Shown piece after piece: positions 33,040 to 42,905 of a stretch of 64,000 bases of DNA. Under the pieces are notes generated by a model. It did not search any database and was not told the origin of the DNA. It saw only the letters and a list, made by a program, of their open reading frames with translations. Both the position numbers and the translations under genes were made by a program. Position 1 is the stretch's first letter; each line of letters begins with the position of its first letter. Origin of the DNA: a virus; the UHGV virus genome UHGV-0164982. One strand, 5' to 3'.

Positions 33040-35294
33040 ATTGCTATAACGTCATGAGCAACACCACGAGTGTCTCCCTTACAAGACACAGAACGTCTGG
33101 CAAAAAGAGGTTCCACTCTGAAGCCACTGTCCTGATAAAGTTCTCTGATGTTTGGCGCGCCACTGTTAGTAATGAGAACCTTTGCACCTCGGCGATGAGC
33201 ATCCGTCAACAGAGACACCAGGCGTTTTTGCTCTTCAAACTTAAAGTCATGACCGGAATAGTTCGTGAACCCCTCTGTATTGGGGAGCGGTTCATACGGC
33301 GGATCGCAAAAGATGACATCTCCTTCTCCGGCAGCTTCAATCACCGCTGCAAAATCACCGCATACAAACTCAGACCGCCCTTCCGCACCGAGGAAGGCTT
33401 CCATCTCCTGTAATGGAAAATGCGTAGACTTATACTTCCCATACCCGACATTGAACTCACCGGCCTGGTTGTAGCGCGTCAATCCATTAAAACAATGTCG
33501 GTTCAGGAACAAAAACGCCGCTGCGCGATGTAAATCATCATAGACTTGTTTGTTAAACGCATTCCGTACTGCCAGGAATCCCTCCTGGGTGTTGTAGTCC
33601 AGGAAGAAACGATGTGCCAGAGTGATAAGTGAATGCGCCTCGCGTTGCAGAGTCTTGTAAAAGTTAATCAGGTCAGCATTCACATCATTTAGCAGATTTT
33701 CCTGATATCCGGCATTCATGAAGACAGCTCCGCCACCAACGAAAGGTTCAATCAGGCGCTTCCCTTCTGGCAAATAGCGAAAGATTTGTTCCAGAACACC
33801 AAATTTTCCACCAGCCCATTTGAATATGGGCCGTTCGAATTCTGCCGCTGGTTTAACCTTTCGCTCTTTTGTTTCACTCCCTTCTTTTTGCCGACATGCA
33901 GCCTTAGTAATCCGATCGCCAATCCAGCGCATTACTGGTATTGCCATACTATTGCCGATCGCTTTGTAACGCGGTCCGTCAGCTGCAAGCATCGCGGCCT
34001 CTTCTTCGCTTAAATCTGGATAGTGATTGCGAAGATATGCCAGTTCATCTGAATTAACTTTTTTACGCTTTTCCGTCGGGATCAACGTATGCCCATCAGG
34101 AAAACCTTGCAGCCTTTCACATTCGACAGGGGTAAGACGGCGGACAGCTACTTCTGCGTTTCTTACTTCATAGCAAACAGCTGTTGGATTTTTAGCCATT
34201 AGAGATGGTGAAGTATTCTTAGTTGCAGCATGTTGTGTACCGCTCATACGCTCAGGAAAAGCCAATGTAACAAGATGCTCATGGCTTTCTTGCTCACGTG
34301 CCCGCAATGTACCATGCCCTTCTGACCAAAAACCTGCTCCTGTGCTGCTAAAAACGGCAAGGTCAGTGGCATCTTTAAAATCTCTTGCCTTTACTGTCGA
34401 TGCGGTTTCATCGTCAATATATTCCCCAAATGCCGCCATCCTGAAAGCGTTTACGGCTTTCGTCGATTTCATACCGGGTGGCATGTCAGCGTGTAGGCAT
34501 GGATTTAGGCTTTCGCCACTGATTGCAGCGCCATTTGCAATAATGGCGGAAGCGATTTCCTTCTTTTTTCGGCTCGGCGCAATATTCCGGCGCACGCCTT
34601 CGAACTCAAAAAGTACCGTTGCGGGATCGAGGTCTGTTCGAGCACTTGCGACAACAAACACGCGTCGGCGTCGTTGTGCCACTCCGAAGTATTGGGCATC
34701 AAGGATTCTCCAGGCCACCTTTCGCTGCGGTCCATAAATACAACCACACTGCGGCCACTTTGGAGCATGGCAACCGGTTTTGACATCCCACCGCCAGAAC
34801 GTGTTACTTTTTCGTGATTCAGGTCGATCACCAGGTTCGAATGGCGCATCTTCTCCAGCCAATCCGGCAAGGAAACATCCGAACGCGTTGTCTGCTGATG
34901 ACAGGACTCCTGGGACATTTTCCCAGACGATAACTGTCGGTTTGAGGAAGGACTCAGACCGTTTGTCGTCAATTGCATTTGCAAGCTCCACATACTTCAA
35001 AGTTAGCGCGCCGCGTTCATCATCAAGCCCACCACGTAAGCCCGCGATACTGAATGCCTGACAAGGCGTACCCCCGACGAGCACATCAGGGGCTTCAATT
35101 TCTCCGGCCTGGACTTTTTGGGCGAGTTTTGTCATGTCGCCAAGGTTCGCGACATGGGGCCAGCGGTGCGCAAGAACGGCAGATGGAAAAGGCTCGATTT
35201 CAGCAAACCACGCCGGACGCATACCCAACGGTTCCCATGCAATGCTCGCGGCTTCAATTCCACTGCAAACAGATCCATAGCACAGCTCTCTCAC
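33030..35294 (-). CDS. dmt: bifunctional DNA methyltransferase Dmt (C5-cytosine MTase N-domain fused to Dam-like N6-adenine MTase)
   Basis: 754 aa; [12 protein letters not shown] and ENV motifs N-terminal; KWAGGK and DPPY motifs C-terminal. Confidence 0.85.
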
Positions 35295-36199
35295 TGCTTA
35301 GCCTCTCCGCCCAGGGCATTTACCAGAGCATCAACCAGGCAAGAAATTTCACTGGTTAACAGGAAGAAATCTGCGTCCAGTCGCTGCGCAACATCTTCAC
35401 TATCAATATCAGAGTTCTGCTCAAGCAATTCATCCGCAAATTTGACGCTGGTAAGGCTGAAATTATGGTCCAGTGTAAATTTAATGCGGTTCTGCCAGTC
35501 GAGTGCCAACTTTGTGACGAGCTTGCCAGCTTCCAGGTGTGTGGAAATTTCATCGCTTCCCAAATCCTGCTTTTTCACTCGGGCGATACCGCCATCCTCA
35601 AGCACGGCCTTAAGTTCTGCCGCATCCCCCATTTGAAATCCCTGTGGAGCACTAGCATCACGTACCCAGTCGGTCAGCGTTAACTCAATGGGATTTTCAA
35701 CACTTAGTGGCACAACAGGAAGAGAACCCAGAGACTTACGCATAAGCGCGAGCATATCCTCTGCCTGCCGCGCGCTGGCATTGATATAGATGCGTTTAGT
35801 TGAACCGTCGTAGATCGCCTGGATAACAGAAAACTTTGAAAAAGCCCGTGGCAGAAGAGAATGTAGAACTTCGTCTTTCAGGGAGTCCTTCTCTGTTTTC
35901 TTCAGTTTACGCGCTTGTTCTTGCTCAAGTTTTTCAATTTTCTCTTGAATAGCTCGCTGGATAACCGGCGGGGGAAGAATTTTTGTTTCGCGCTTTGCTT
36001 CAACAAGGATAAAACCATTTCCATGCATAGCGATAACTTCGGAATTATCGCCAAATGGAGATACAAAACCGAACTTGGCCATATCCTGACTACCGCATGG
36101 CGTGAAAAGGATCATTTTCTTTTTATCTTCTAAGTCGGTCAGATCCGCCTCACGAGAAAGTTTATAAATAGTAATGTTTTTCCAGTGCTTAAACATGTT
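35291..36199 (-). CDS. hrdC: RdgC homolog
   Basis: [20 protein letters not shown] matches the RdgC N-terminus; start taken at internal ATG 36199. Confidence 0.75.
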   Translation of the reverse strand, partial: NMFKHWKNITIYKLSREADLTDLEDKKKMILFTPCGSQDMAKFGFVSPFGDNSEVIAMHGNGFILVEAKRETKILPPPVIQRAIQEKIEKLEQEQARKLKKTEKDSLKDEVLHSLLPRAFSKFSVIQAIYDGSTKRIYINASARQAEDMLALMRKSLGSLPVVPLSVENPIELTLTDWVRDASAPQGFQMGDAAELKAVLEDGGIARVKKQDLGSDEISTHLEAGKLVTKLALDWQNRIKFTLDHNFSLTSVKFADELLEQNSDIDSEDVAQRLDADFFLLTSEISCLVDALVNALGGEAKQ

Positions 36200-36545
36200 G
36201 TAACCCTTGAATATCAACCACAGAAAGCTCGTCTTTGTAGAAAAAGGCCAGGTTGTGGCACCCCCTCGTTTGAGCGTATGAGCTGGGACCAATTTCGTTC
36301 TTCCAGACAAATGGCTTCAAATCCGTACGGCGAAGCATAAAAACGCGATTTGTTCCGCTCTGATTCCCAATGAGGCAAAAGCCTTCTTTCACCTTGATAG
36401 CCTGCAAGTTGTCGAGTTCACCGCTGGTTACACGGCTATCGAACTCCTTGCGGCTTATTAGCTCCATCTGCATCTGACGACTCCAAACAAATGCCCATTG
36501 AAGGGCGATGGCTGAATGGTACCGAAAATACGACATAAAAAACAA
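36189..36545 (-). CDS. hypothetical protein upstream of hrdC (uhr position)
   Basis: 118-aa ORF, first gene after operator at 36545. Confidence 0.4.
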   Translation of the reverse strand: MFFMSYFRYHSAIALQWAFVWSRQMQMELISRKEFDSRVTSGELDNLQAIKVKEGFCLIGNQSGTNRVFMLRRTDLKPFVWKNEIGPSSYAQTRGCHNLAFFYKDELSVVDIQGLQHV

Positions 36546-36561
36546 TATTTATTAGAGCAAT
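36545..36561 (-). promoter_or_regulatory. C1 operator-like site for the uhr-hrdC-dmt operon
   Basis: ATATTTATTAGAGCAAT, 16/17. Confidence 0.7.
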
Positions 36562-36642
36562 TTTGTAATAAGTAAACGCCATACAGACCACAAATAACCT
36601 AAGTTAAAATAACGAAAATCAGAGCAAATAATTGGTGATGGC

Positions 36643-36927
36643 GTGGCAAGTATTGCAACAAAAGACAGCATTTGTTCGGGGCACGGAGGATTCCCATCCA
36701 GGCCTCCTGTAGAGAGTGAACCACTACTTAAAGTCAACGGAGTCGAAGTGTTAGTTGATGGTAAGCAATATGCACAGCATACCGATGGAAACAGTACGCA
36801 CGGTGGGCAAGCTATATCAACCAGGGCATGGTTTACCGTCAATGGTAAAGGGATCGTATGCGTTGGTGACCCTGTTTCATGCGGATCTACCGTAGCGTCC
36901 GGAGACGGCCTGGTTCAGGTAAGTTAG
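36643..36927 (+). CDS. PAAR-like spike-tip protein
   Basis: 94 aa; repeated G-rich beta motifs SICSGHGG and VGDPVSCG. Confidence 0.4.
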   Translation: MASIATKDSICSGHGGFPSRPPVESEPLLKVNGVEVLVDGKQYAQHTDGNSTHGGQAISTRAWFTVNGKGIVCVGDPVSCGSTVASGDGLVQVS

Positions 36928-36935
36928 GAGATATC

Positions 36936-37718
36936 ATGCTGGAAAAAGACTACCAGTTATCCGCATATAAAAAATTGGCCGCCGCCGGTGGGATGAAAAC
37001 ACCTGGTGCCATAACATCGGCACGAAACAGTGCTAACACAGCAAAACTGCTTGCAGAAGAATTGACCGGATTAATTCTGGATACAATTGTCTATCCCAAC
37101 ACTATTACCAGCTATGTTTCAACGATCAAAACAACCACAACCGGCTTAACGAACATTGGAGAACTGGCAACTAAGCACGCGGACCTGTTGGCTGGTTATG
37201 CAGATCTGTCAATGCTGCTTCAACTCGATATTGGTTGGGATGTTTACTGCCGTGCTAATGAGCGAGAAGTTTCAGAACTGCCGATCTCTATTGCCATTGG
37301 TGATGTGAATATTACTAAATCGCTTGAGGACACTGTTAACGCGCTTAATACATCAAGTTTAGTCGCTGCTATGGGGGAGATTAACCAGACCCTTAACACT
37401 GGCTCAGGAAGCTCGTCAGGCTCTGGTTCAGGCGGTGGCACTCCCCCACCAACACTAACAGAAGAGCAAATTGAATCTCTGAAAGTAGCAACTGAACAGT
37501 TTGGGGTTGTTTTCAACCAGACAATAGCGCCCACAACTGCGTTACAACAGCAGTATGAACGAGCGAATGAAAGCGCCAACGTAGCCATAACTGCTTATAA
37601 CCATGCTATCAGTACCGCGCTTGCGGAAGCATCAGCAAATAAGGCCAGCACAGCCAGCGCAGTTGCCGCTTTGGTTCCTGATTCTGTTCTTAATGAATTA
37701 AACAAAGCGGCACAGTAA
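36936..37718 (+). CDS. hypothetical protein with Ser/Gly-rich linker
   Basis: Start ATG 36936 with TAGGAG RBS; 260 aa. Confidence 0.5.
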   Translation: MLEKDYQLSAYKKLAAAGGMKTPGAITSARNSANTAKLLAEELTGLILDTIVYPNTITSYVSTIKTTTTGLTNIGELATKHADLLAGYADLSMLLQLDIGWDVYCRANEREVSELPISIAIGDVNITKSLEDTVNALNTSSLVAAMGEINQTLNTGSGSSSGSGSGGGTPPPTLTEEQIESLKVATEQFGVVFNQTIAPTTALQQQYERANESANVAITAYNHAISTALAEASANKASTASAVAALVPDSVLNELNKAAQ

Positions 37719-37757
37719 CAAAGGACTTCATTGATAATTTTTCTTCAGGAGGAAGAC

Positions 37758-38180
37758 ATGTCATTCTTTTCTACGTTAAAAACAGCTTTGTCTTTGAAGG
37801 AGAAACTTGCTGCTACTGGTGTTCTTGTTCTGATTTGCGCACTTGTTGGTGCTGGGTTTGCATGGGAACGTCATCAGCTAAAGCAAGCCATGGAGAAAAT
37901 TGGCAGTCTTGATCAGGCTGTTAAGGAACGTGATAAGTCAATAATGGATCTTAACCAGACCATTGAGACGATGAACAAAGCAGATCAACATTTTCACAGC
38001 CAGGAAGTGAAAAATGAATCAGAGCAAGCCAAGTATGCTGACAGGCAAATGGAACGAAAAGCAGAAGTTCAGAAACAACTGGTTGCGGCGGGTAATGTTC
38101 GCCAGCGCATTCCTGCTGACACTCAGCGGTTGCTCCGGGAGTCGATCAGCGAATTTAACGCCGACGCCGACAAAGGTTAA
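37758..38180 (+). CDS. i-spanin (Rz-like): N-terminal TM helix plus coiled coil
   Basis: AGGAGG RBS; TM LAATGVLVLICALVGAGFAW; 140 aa. Confidence 0.5.
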   Translation: MSFFSTLKTALSLKEKLAATGVLVLICALVGAGFAWERHQLKQAMEKIGSLDQAVKERDKSIMDLNQTIETMNKADQHFHSQEVKNESEQAKYADRQMERKAEVQKQLVAAGNVRQRIPADTQRLLRESISEFNADADKG

Positions 38181-38346
38181 CCACCCTGCCCCCAAAAGTG
38201 CATTTATGTGCAGGATGCCGGAGTTTAGCAGTGAATATTTTGATGATCTGCCAGCGTATATCCTCGATACAGAAACGATGCTGATGGGGATTAACAGGAA
38301 GAATCGCAACGTTAATGATTACAACCGCGCTATCAGCGGTAACTAA
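38095..38346 (+). CDS. o-spanin (Rz1-like) lipoprotein overlapping the i-spanin 3-prime end in the +1 frame
   Basis: MFASAFLLTLSGC lipobox, Pro-rich mature part; 86-nt overlap. Confidence 0.5.
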   Translation: MFASAFLLTLSGCSGSRSANLTPTPTKVNHPAPKSAFMCRMPEFSSEYFDDLPAYILDTETMLMGINRKNRNVNDYNRAISGN

Positions 38347-38357
38347 AAGGGATTTTT

Positions 38358-38750
38358 ATGTCTGATAAAGTAACAGTTAAGCAAACTATCAACAAAGCGA
38401 CTTCAATCTATAAAATTGAGCAAATCACTGTTGGCAAGCCAGGATCTGAACAATACCGTCATGCTTTCGAACTTGCTGATCAGCTTGGTTTAAAACATCC
38501 AGATTGTATCGAGCATGTATTTCCAACTTATGCTGATGAGCAATGTAATCAAGTGCTTATTGAAGAGGATTTTTTCAGCACTGAAGAACGAGAAGGCGTT
38601 GATCGCTGCATTGGTGTGATTTGTTCTTCGGTAAGTGATGATTTATTCCCTAATGTTCCGGAAGGTGGTGGTGTTGGATACCAATTCCTGTATGAAGGCG
38701 ATGAGCTTAAATGTTATGAACATGGTCTTCTTATCGAAAGCGTAGAATAA
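38358..38750 (+). CDS. hypothetical protein
   Basis: 130-aa ORF. Confidence 0.45.
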   Translation: MSDKVTVKQTINKATSIYKIEQITVGKPGSEQYRHAFELADQLGLKHPDCIEHVFPTYADEQCNQVLIEEDFFSTEEREGVDRCIGVICSSVSDDLFPNVPEGGGVGYQFLYEGDELKCYEHGLLIESVE

Positions 38751-38790
38751 TACGGTTTCCTTCTAACCGGCTTTGTTGGCCGGTTTTTCA

Positions 38791-38875
38791 CTTATCCACA
38801 TTATCCACTGAGTAGATCCAATAATTAGGTCCATACAGATCCCAATTAGATCCATATAGATCCCTGATCGTTGCA
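38791..38875. promoter_or_regulatory. oriR: oriR core: tandem DnaA boxes and five GATC-containing heptamer repeats
   Basis: TTATCCACA TTATCCACT then repeated AGATCC units. Confidence 0.75.
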
Positions 38876-38908
38876 GGCCGCGCCACGTCTGGCTTAGAAG
38901 TGTATCGC

Positions 38909-39012
38909 GATGTGTGCTGGAGGGAAATCGATGTGTGCTGGAGGGATAAAAATGTGTGCTGACGGGTTGCTAATGTGTGCTGGCGGGATATAGGATGTGT
39001 GCTGACGGGAAA
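38909..39012 (+). repeat. incC: incC, five 19-bp RepA iterons
   Basis: Five copies of GATGTGTGCTGGAGGGAAA-like repeats. Confidence 0.9.
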
Positions 39013-39068
39013 GCCTGGGTAGTTATCACCGCTTATAAAAACTATCCACATAATTCGGAAAAAGTAAT

Positions 39069-39929
39069 ATGAATCAATCCTTTATCTCCGATATTCTTTA
39101 CGCAGACATTGAAAGTAAGGCAAAAGAACTAACAGTTAATTCAAACAACACTGTGCAGCCTGTAGCGTTGATGCGCTTGGGGGTATTCGTGCCGAAGCCA
39201 TCAAAGAGCAAAGGAGAAAGTAAAGAGATTGATGCCACCAAAGCGTTTTCCCAGCTGGAGATAGCTAAAGCCGAGGGTTACGATGATATTAAAATCACCG
39301 GTCCTCGACTCGATATGGATACTGATTTCAAAACGTGGATCGGTGTCATCTACGCGTTCAGCAAATACGGCTTGTCCTCAAACACCATCCAGTTATCGTT
39401 TCAGGAATTCGCTAAAGCCTGTGGTTTCCCCTCAAAACGTCTGGATGCGAAACTGCGTTTAACCATTCATGAATCACTTGGACGCTTACGTAACAAGGGT
39501 ATCGCTTTTAAGCGCGGAAAAGATGCTAAAGGCGGCTATCAGACTGGTCTGCTAAAGGTCGGTCGTTTTGATGCTGACCTTGATCTGATAGAGCTGGAGG
39601 CTGATTCGAAGCTGTGGGAGCTGTTCCAGCTTGATTATCGCGTTCTGTTGCAACACCACGCCTTGCGTGCCCTTCCGAAGAAAGAAGCTGCACAAGCCAT
39701 TTACACTTTCATCGAAAGCCTTCCGCAGAATCCGTTGCCGCTATCTTTCGCCCGAATCCGTGAGCGCCTGGCTTTGCAGTCAGCTGTTGGCGAGCAAAAC
39801 CGTATCATTAAGAAAGCGATAGAACAGCTTAAAACAATCGGCTATCTCGACTGTTCAATTGAGAAGAAAGGCCGGGAAAGTTTTGTAATCGTCCATTCTC
39901 GCAATCCAAAGCTGAAACTTCCCGAATAA
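39069..39929 (+). CDS. repA: plasmid replication initiator RepA
   Basis: 286 aa flanked by iteron arrays; recognised as P1 RepA. Confidence 0.9.
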   Translation: MNQSFISDILYADIESKAKELTVNSNNTVQPVALMRLGVFVPKPSKSKGESKEIDATKAFSQLEIAKAEGYDDIKITGPRLDMDTDFKTWIGVIYAFSKYGLSSNTIQLSFQEFAKACGFPSKRLDAKLRLTIHESLGRLRNKGIAFKRGKDAKGGYQTGLLKVGRFDADLDLIELEADSKLWELFQLDYRVLLQHHALRALPKKEAAQAIYTFIESLPQNPLPLSFARIRERLALQSAVGEQNRIIKKAIEQLKTIGYLDCSIEKKGRESFVIVHSRNPKLKLPE

Positions 39930-40213
39930 GTGTGTGCTGGAGGGAAGATGCATTAAAAAAATGTGTGCTGACGGGAAGGCTTGTCCAATTTCCTGTTTTT
40001 GATGTGCGCTGGAGGGGGACGCCCCGCAGTTTGCCCAGACTTTCCCTCCAGCACACATCTGTCCATCCGTTTTTCCCTCCAGTGCACATGTAATTCTCTG
40101 CCTTTCCCTCCAGCACACATATTTGATACCGGCGATCCCTCCACAGCACATAATTCAATGCGACTTCCCTCTATCGCACATCTTAGACTTTTATTCTCCC
40201 TCCAGCACACATC
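39928..40213. repeat. incA: incA, nine RepA iterons (three direct, six inverted)
   Basis: Nine 19-bp iteron copies counted by eye. Confidence 0.9.
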
Positions 40214-40486
40214 GAAGCTGCCGGGCAAGTCGTTCTCACCAGTTGATAGAGAGTGAAGCCGGGCTGCCCGTTGAAGCAGGAAATCACCAAAATGATTCAG
40301 GCTACAACCTGAACATAGAAGAAATCCGCGTCCTTTACGCGTGGAGGATGCCAAAGCATGTTGTGACACACTTGGCAAAGGAGTAAACATGCAGGGAATG
40401 CTATGTACAAGCATCTACGCATACATTATTATTTTATGCAGCATTTTTAATTAAATTCAAAAATACAGCATAAAGGATGACTTTCG

Positions 40487-41683
40487 ATGAGTGATTCCAG
40501 CCAGCTTCACAAGGTTGCTCAAAGAGCAAACAGAATGCTCAATGTTCTGACTGAACAAGTACAGTTGCAAAAGGATGAGCTACACGCGAACGAGTTTTAC
40601 CAGGTCTATGCGAAAGCGGCACTGGCAAAATTGCCTCTACTGACTCGAGCGAACGTTGACTATGCCGTAAGTGAAATGGAAGAAAAGGGTTATGTTTTCG
40701 ATAAACGCCCTGCTGGCTCTTCAATGAAATATGCGATGTCAATTCAGAACATCATTGACATATATGAACATCGCGGAGTGCCAAAATACCGGGATCGCTA
40801 CAGCGAAGCGTATGTGATTTTCATCTCCAATCTTAAAGGCGGTGTGTCAAAAACTGTATCGACGGTTTCTCTGGCGCATGCAATGCGTGCCCACCCTCAT
40901 CTTCTGATGGAAGATTTAAGAATTCTGGTTATTGACCTTGATCCGCAATCTTCAGCAACGATGTTTTTAAGCCATAAACACTCTATTGGTATCGTAAACG
41001 CAACATCTGCACAGGCTATGTTGCAGAATGTAAGCCGTGAAGAGCTGTTAGAGGAGTTTATTGTTCCTTCTGTTGTACCTGGGGTTGACGTTATGCCTGC
41101 GTCGATTGACGATGCCTTTATTGCATCCGATTGGAGAGAGCTGTGCAATGAGCATCTACCGGGTCAGAACATCCATGCAGTCCTGAAAGAAAATGTGATT
41201 GATAAGCTGAAGAGCGATTATGACTTTATCCTCGTTGATAGTGGTCCTCACCTTGACGCCTTCCTGAAAAATGCTTTGGCCTCGGCCAATATACTGTTTA
41301 CACCTCTGCCGCCTGCAACGGTTGATTTCCACTCATCGCTTAAATACGTTGCCCGCCTTCCTGAGTTGGTGAAACTCATTTCGGATGAAGGCTGCGAGTG
41401 CCAGCTTGCGACTAACATTGGTTTTATGTCCAAGTTGAGTAACAAGGCAGACCATAAGTATTGCCATAGCCTGGCTAAAGAAGTGTTCGGTGGGGATATG
41501 CTTGATGTCGTCCTCCCTCGCCTTGACGGTTTTGAACGCTGCGGCGAGTCTTTTGACACTGTTATTTCAGCTAACCCGGCAACGTATGTTGGTAGTGCTG
41601 ATGCATTGAAGAACGCGCGAATTGCCGCGGAAGATTTTGCTAAAGCAGTTTTTGACCGTATTGAATTTATCAGATCTAACTGA
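40487..41683 (+). CDS. parA: partition ATPase ParA
   Basis: 398 aa with deviant Walker A KGGVSKT. Confidence 0.9.
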   Translation: MSDSSQLHKVAQRANRMLNVLTEQVQLQKDELHANEFYQVYAKAALAKLPLLTRANVDYAVSEMEEKGYVFDKRPAGSSMKYAMSIQNIIDIYEHRGVPKYRDRYSEAYVIFISNLKGGVSKTVSTVSLAHAMRAHPHLLMEDLRILVIDLDPQSSATMFLSHKHSIGIVNATSAQAMLQNVSREELLEEFIVPSVVPGVDVMPASIDDAFIASDWRELCNEHLPGQNIHAVLKENVIDKLKSDYDFILVDSGPHLDAFLKNALASANILFTPLPPATVDFHSSLKYVARLPELVKLISDEGCECQLATNIGFMSKLSNKADHKYCHSLAKEVFGGDMLDVVLPRLDGFERCGESFDTVISANPATYVGSADALKNARIAAEDFAKAVFDRIEFIRSN

Positions 41684-41699
41684 GGAGTAAGAAACCCCC

Positions 41700-42701
41700 A
41701 TGTCAAAGAAAAACAGACCAACAATTGGGCGAACCCTTAATCCTTCAATATTAAGCGGATTTGATAGTTCTTCAGCCTCTGGCGATCGAGTCGAGCAGGT
41801 ATTCAAGTTATCAACTGGTCGCCAGGCCACATTTATTGAAGAGGTAATACCTCCGAACCAGGTAGAAAGCGATACCTTTGTTGATCAGCATAACAACGGG
41901 CGTGACCAGGCATCTCTTACGCCAAAATCATTAAAAAGTATCCGAAGCACTATTAAGCATCAGCAATTTTACCCTGCAATAGGTGTTAGACGGGCTACAG
42001 GGAAAATTGAAATTTTGGATGGTTCCCGGCGTCGAGCTTCTGCCATCTTAGAGAACGTAGGGTTGCGGGTTTTAGTCACGGACCAGGAGATCAGCGTTCA
42101 GGAAGCGCAAAATTTAGCGAAAGACGTTCAGACAGCATTGCAGCACAGCATTCGAGAAATAGGTCTGCGTTTGATGCGAATGAAAAATGATGGGATGAGT
42201 CAGAAGGATATTGCAGCCAAAGAAGGGCTGTCTCAGGCGAAGGTCACGCGTGCTCTCCAGGCAGCGAGTGCTCCGGAAGAATTAGTCGCCCTTTTCCCTG
42301 TGCAGTCGGAATTAACCTTTTCGGACTACAAAACGCTTTGTGCTGTTGGCGACGAAATGGGGAACAAGAATTTAGAGTTTGATCAGCTTATTCAAAACAT
42401 ATCCCCGGAAATAAACGACATCTTATCCATTGAAGAAATGGCCGAAGATGAAGTTAAAAATAAAATCCTGCGCTTGATAACAAAGGAAGCCTCACTACTC
42501 ACGGATAAAGGTTCTAAAGATAAGTCCGTAGTTACTGAATTATGGAAATTTGAGGACAAGGATCGCTTTGCAAGGAAGCGCGTGAAAGGCCGTGCATTTT
42601 CTTATGAGTTTAATCGACTCTCAAAAGAGTTACAGGAAGAACTCGACAGGATGATTGGGCATATCCTTAGAAAGAGCCTCGATAAAAAGCCGAAGCCTTA
42701 A
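41700..42701 (+). CDS. parB: partition protein ParB
   Basis: 333 aa immediately downstream of parA. Confidence 0.9.
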   Translation: MSKKNRPTIGRTLNPSILSGFDSSSASGDRVEQVFKLSTGRQATFIEEVIPPNQVESDTFVDQHNNGRDQASLTPKSLKSIRSTIKHQQFYPAIGVRRATGKIEILDGSRRRASAILENVGLRVLVTDQEISVQEAQNLAKDVQTALQHSIREIGLRLMRMKNDGMSQKDIAAKEGLSQAKVTRALQAASAPEELVALFPVQSELTFSDYKTLCAVGDEMGNKNLEFDQLIQNISPEINDILSIEEMAEDEVKNKILRLITKEASLLTDKGSKDKSVVTELWKFEDKDRFARKRVKGRAFSYEFNRLSKELQEELDRMIGHILRKSLDKKPKP

Positions 42702-42709
42702 ACTTTCGC

Positions 42710-42800
42710 CATTCAAATTTCACTATTAACTGACTGTTTTTAAAGTAAATTACTCTAAAATTTCAAGGTGAAATCGCCACGATTTCACCTTGGATTTTAC
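42710..42800. other. parS: parS centromere
   Basis: ATTTCAC heptamers and TCGCCA hexamers around an AT-rich core. Confidence 0.8.
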
Positions 42801-42905
42801 CTTCCTCCCCTCCTCCCGAAAAAAATAAAAAAATTGCTTGTCACGAGAAAGTCAACAAGTGACTTTCAATAAAATCTCTTCCGAAAAGGGATTCACACAA
42901 GTGCC

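Noticed and set aside
38909-40213. Arrays of about 19-bp direct and inverted repeats that could be mistaken for a CRISPR array
   Set aside because: They flank repA, have the iteron sequence GATGTGTGCTGGAGGGAAA and lack unique spacers of regular length; these are the incC and incA iterons.
39829-40414. Three overlapping minus-strand ORFs (98-153 aa) in the ORF track
   Set aside because: They lie wholly inside the incA iteron array and their repetitive, Cys/Trp-rich translations are artefacts of the repeats.
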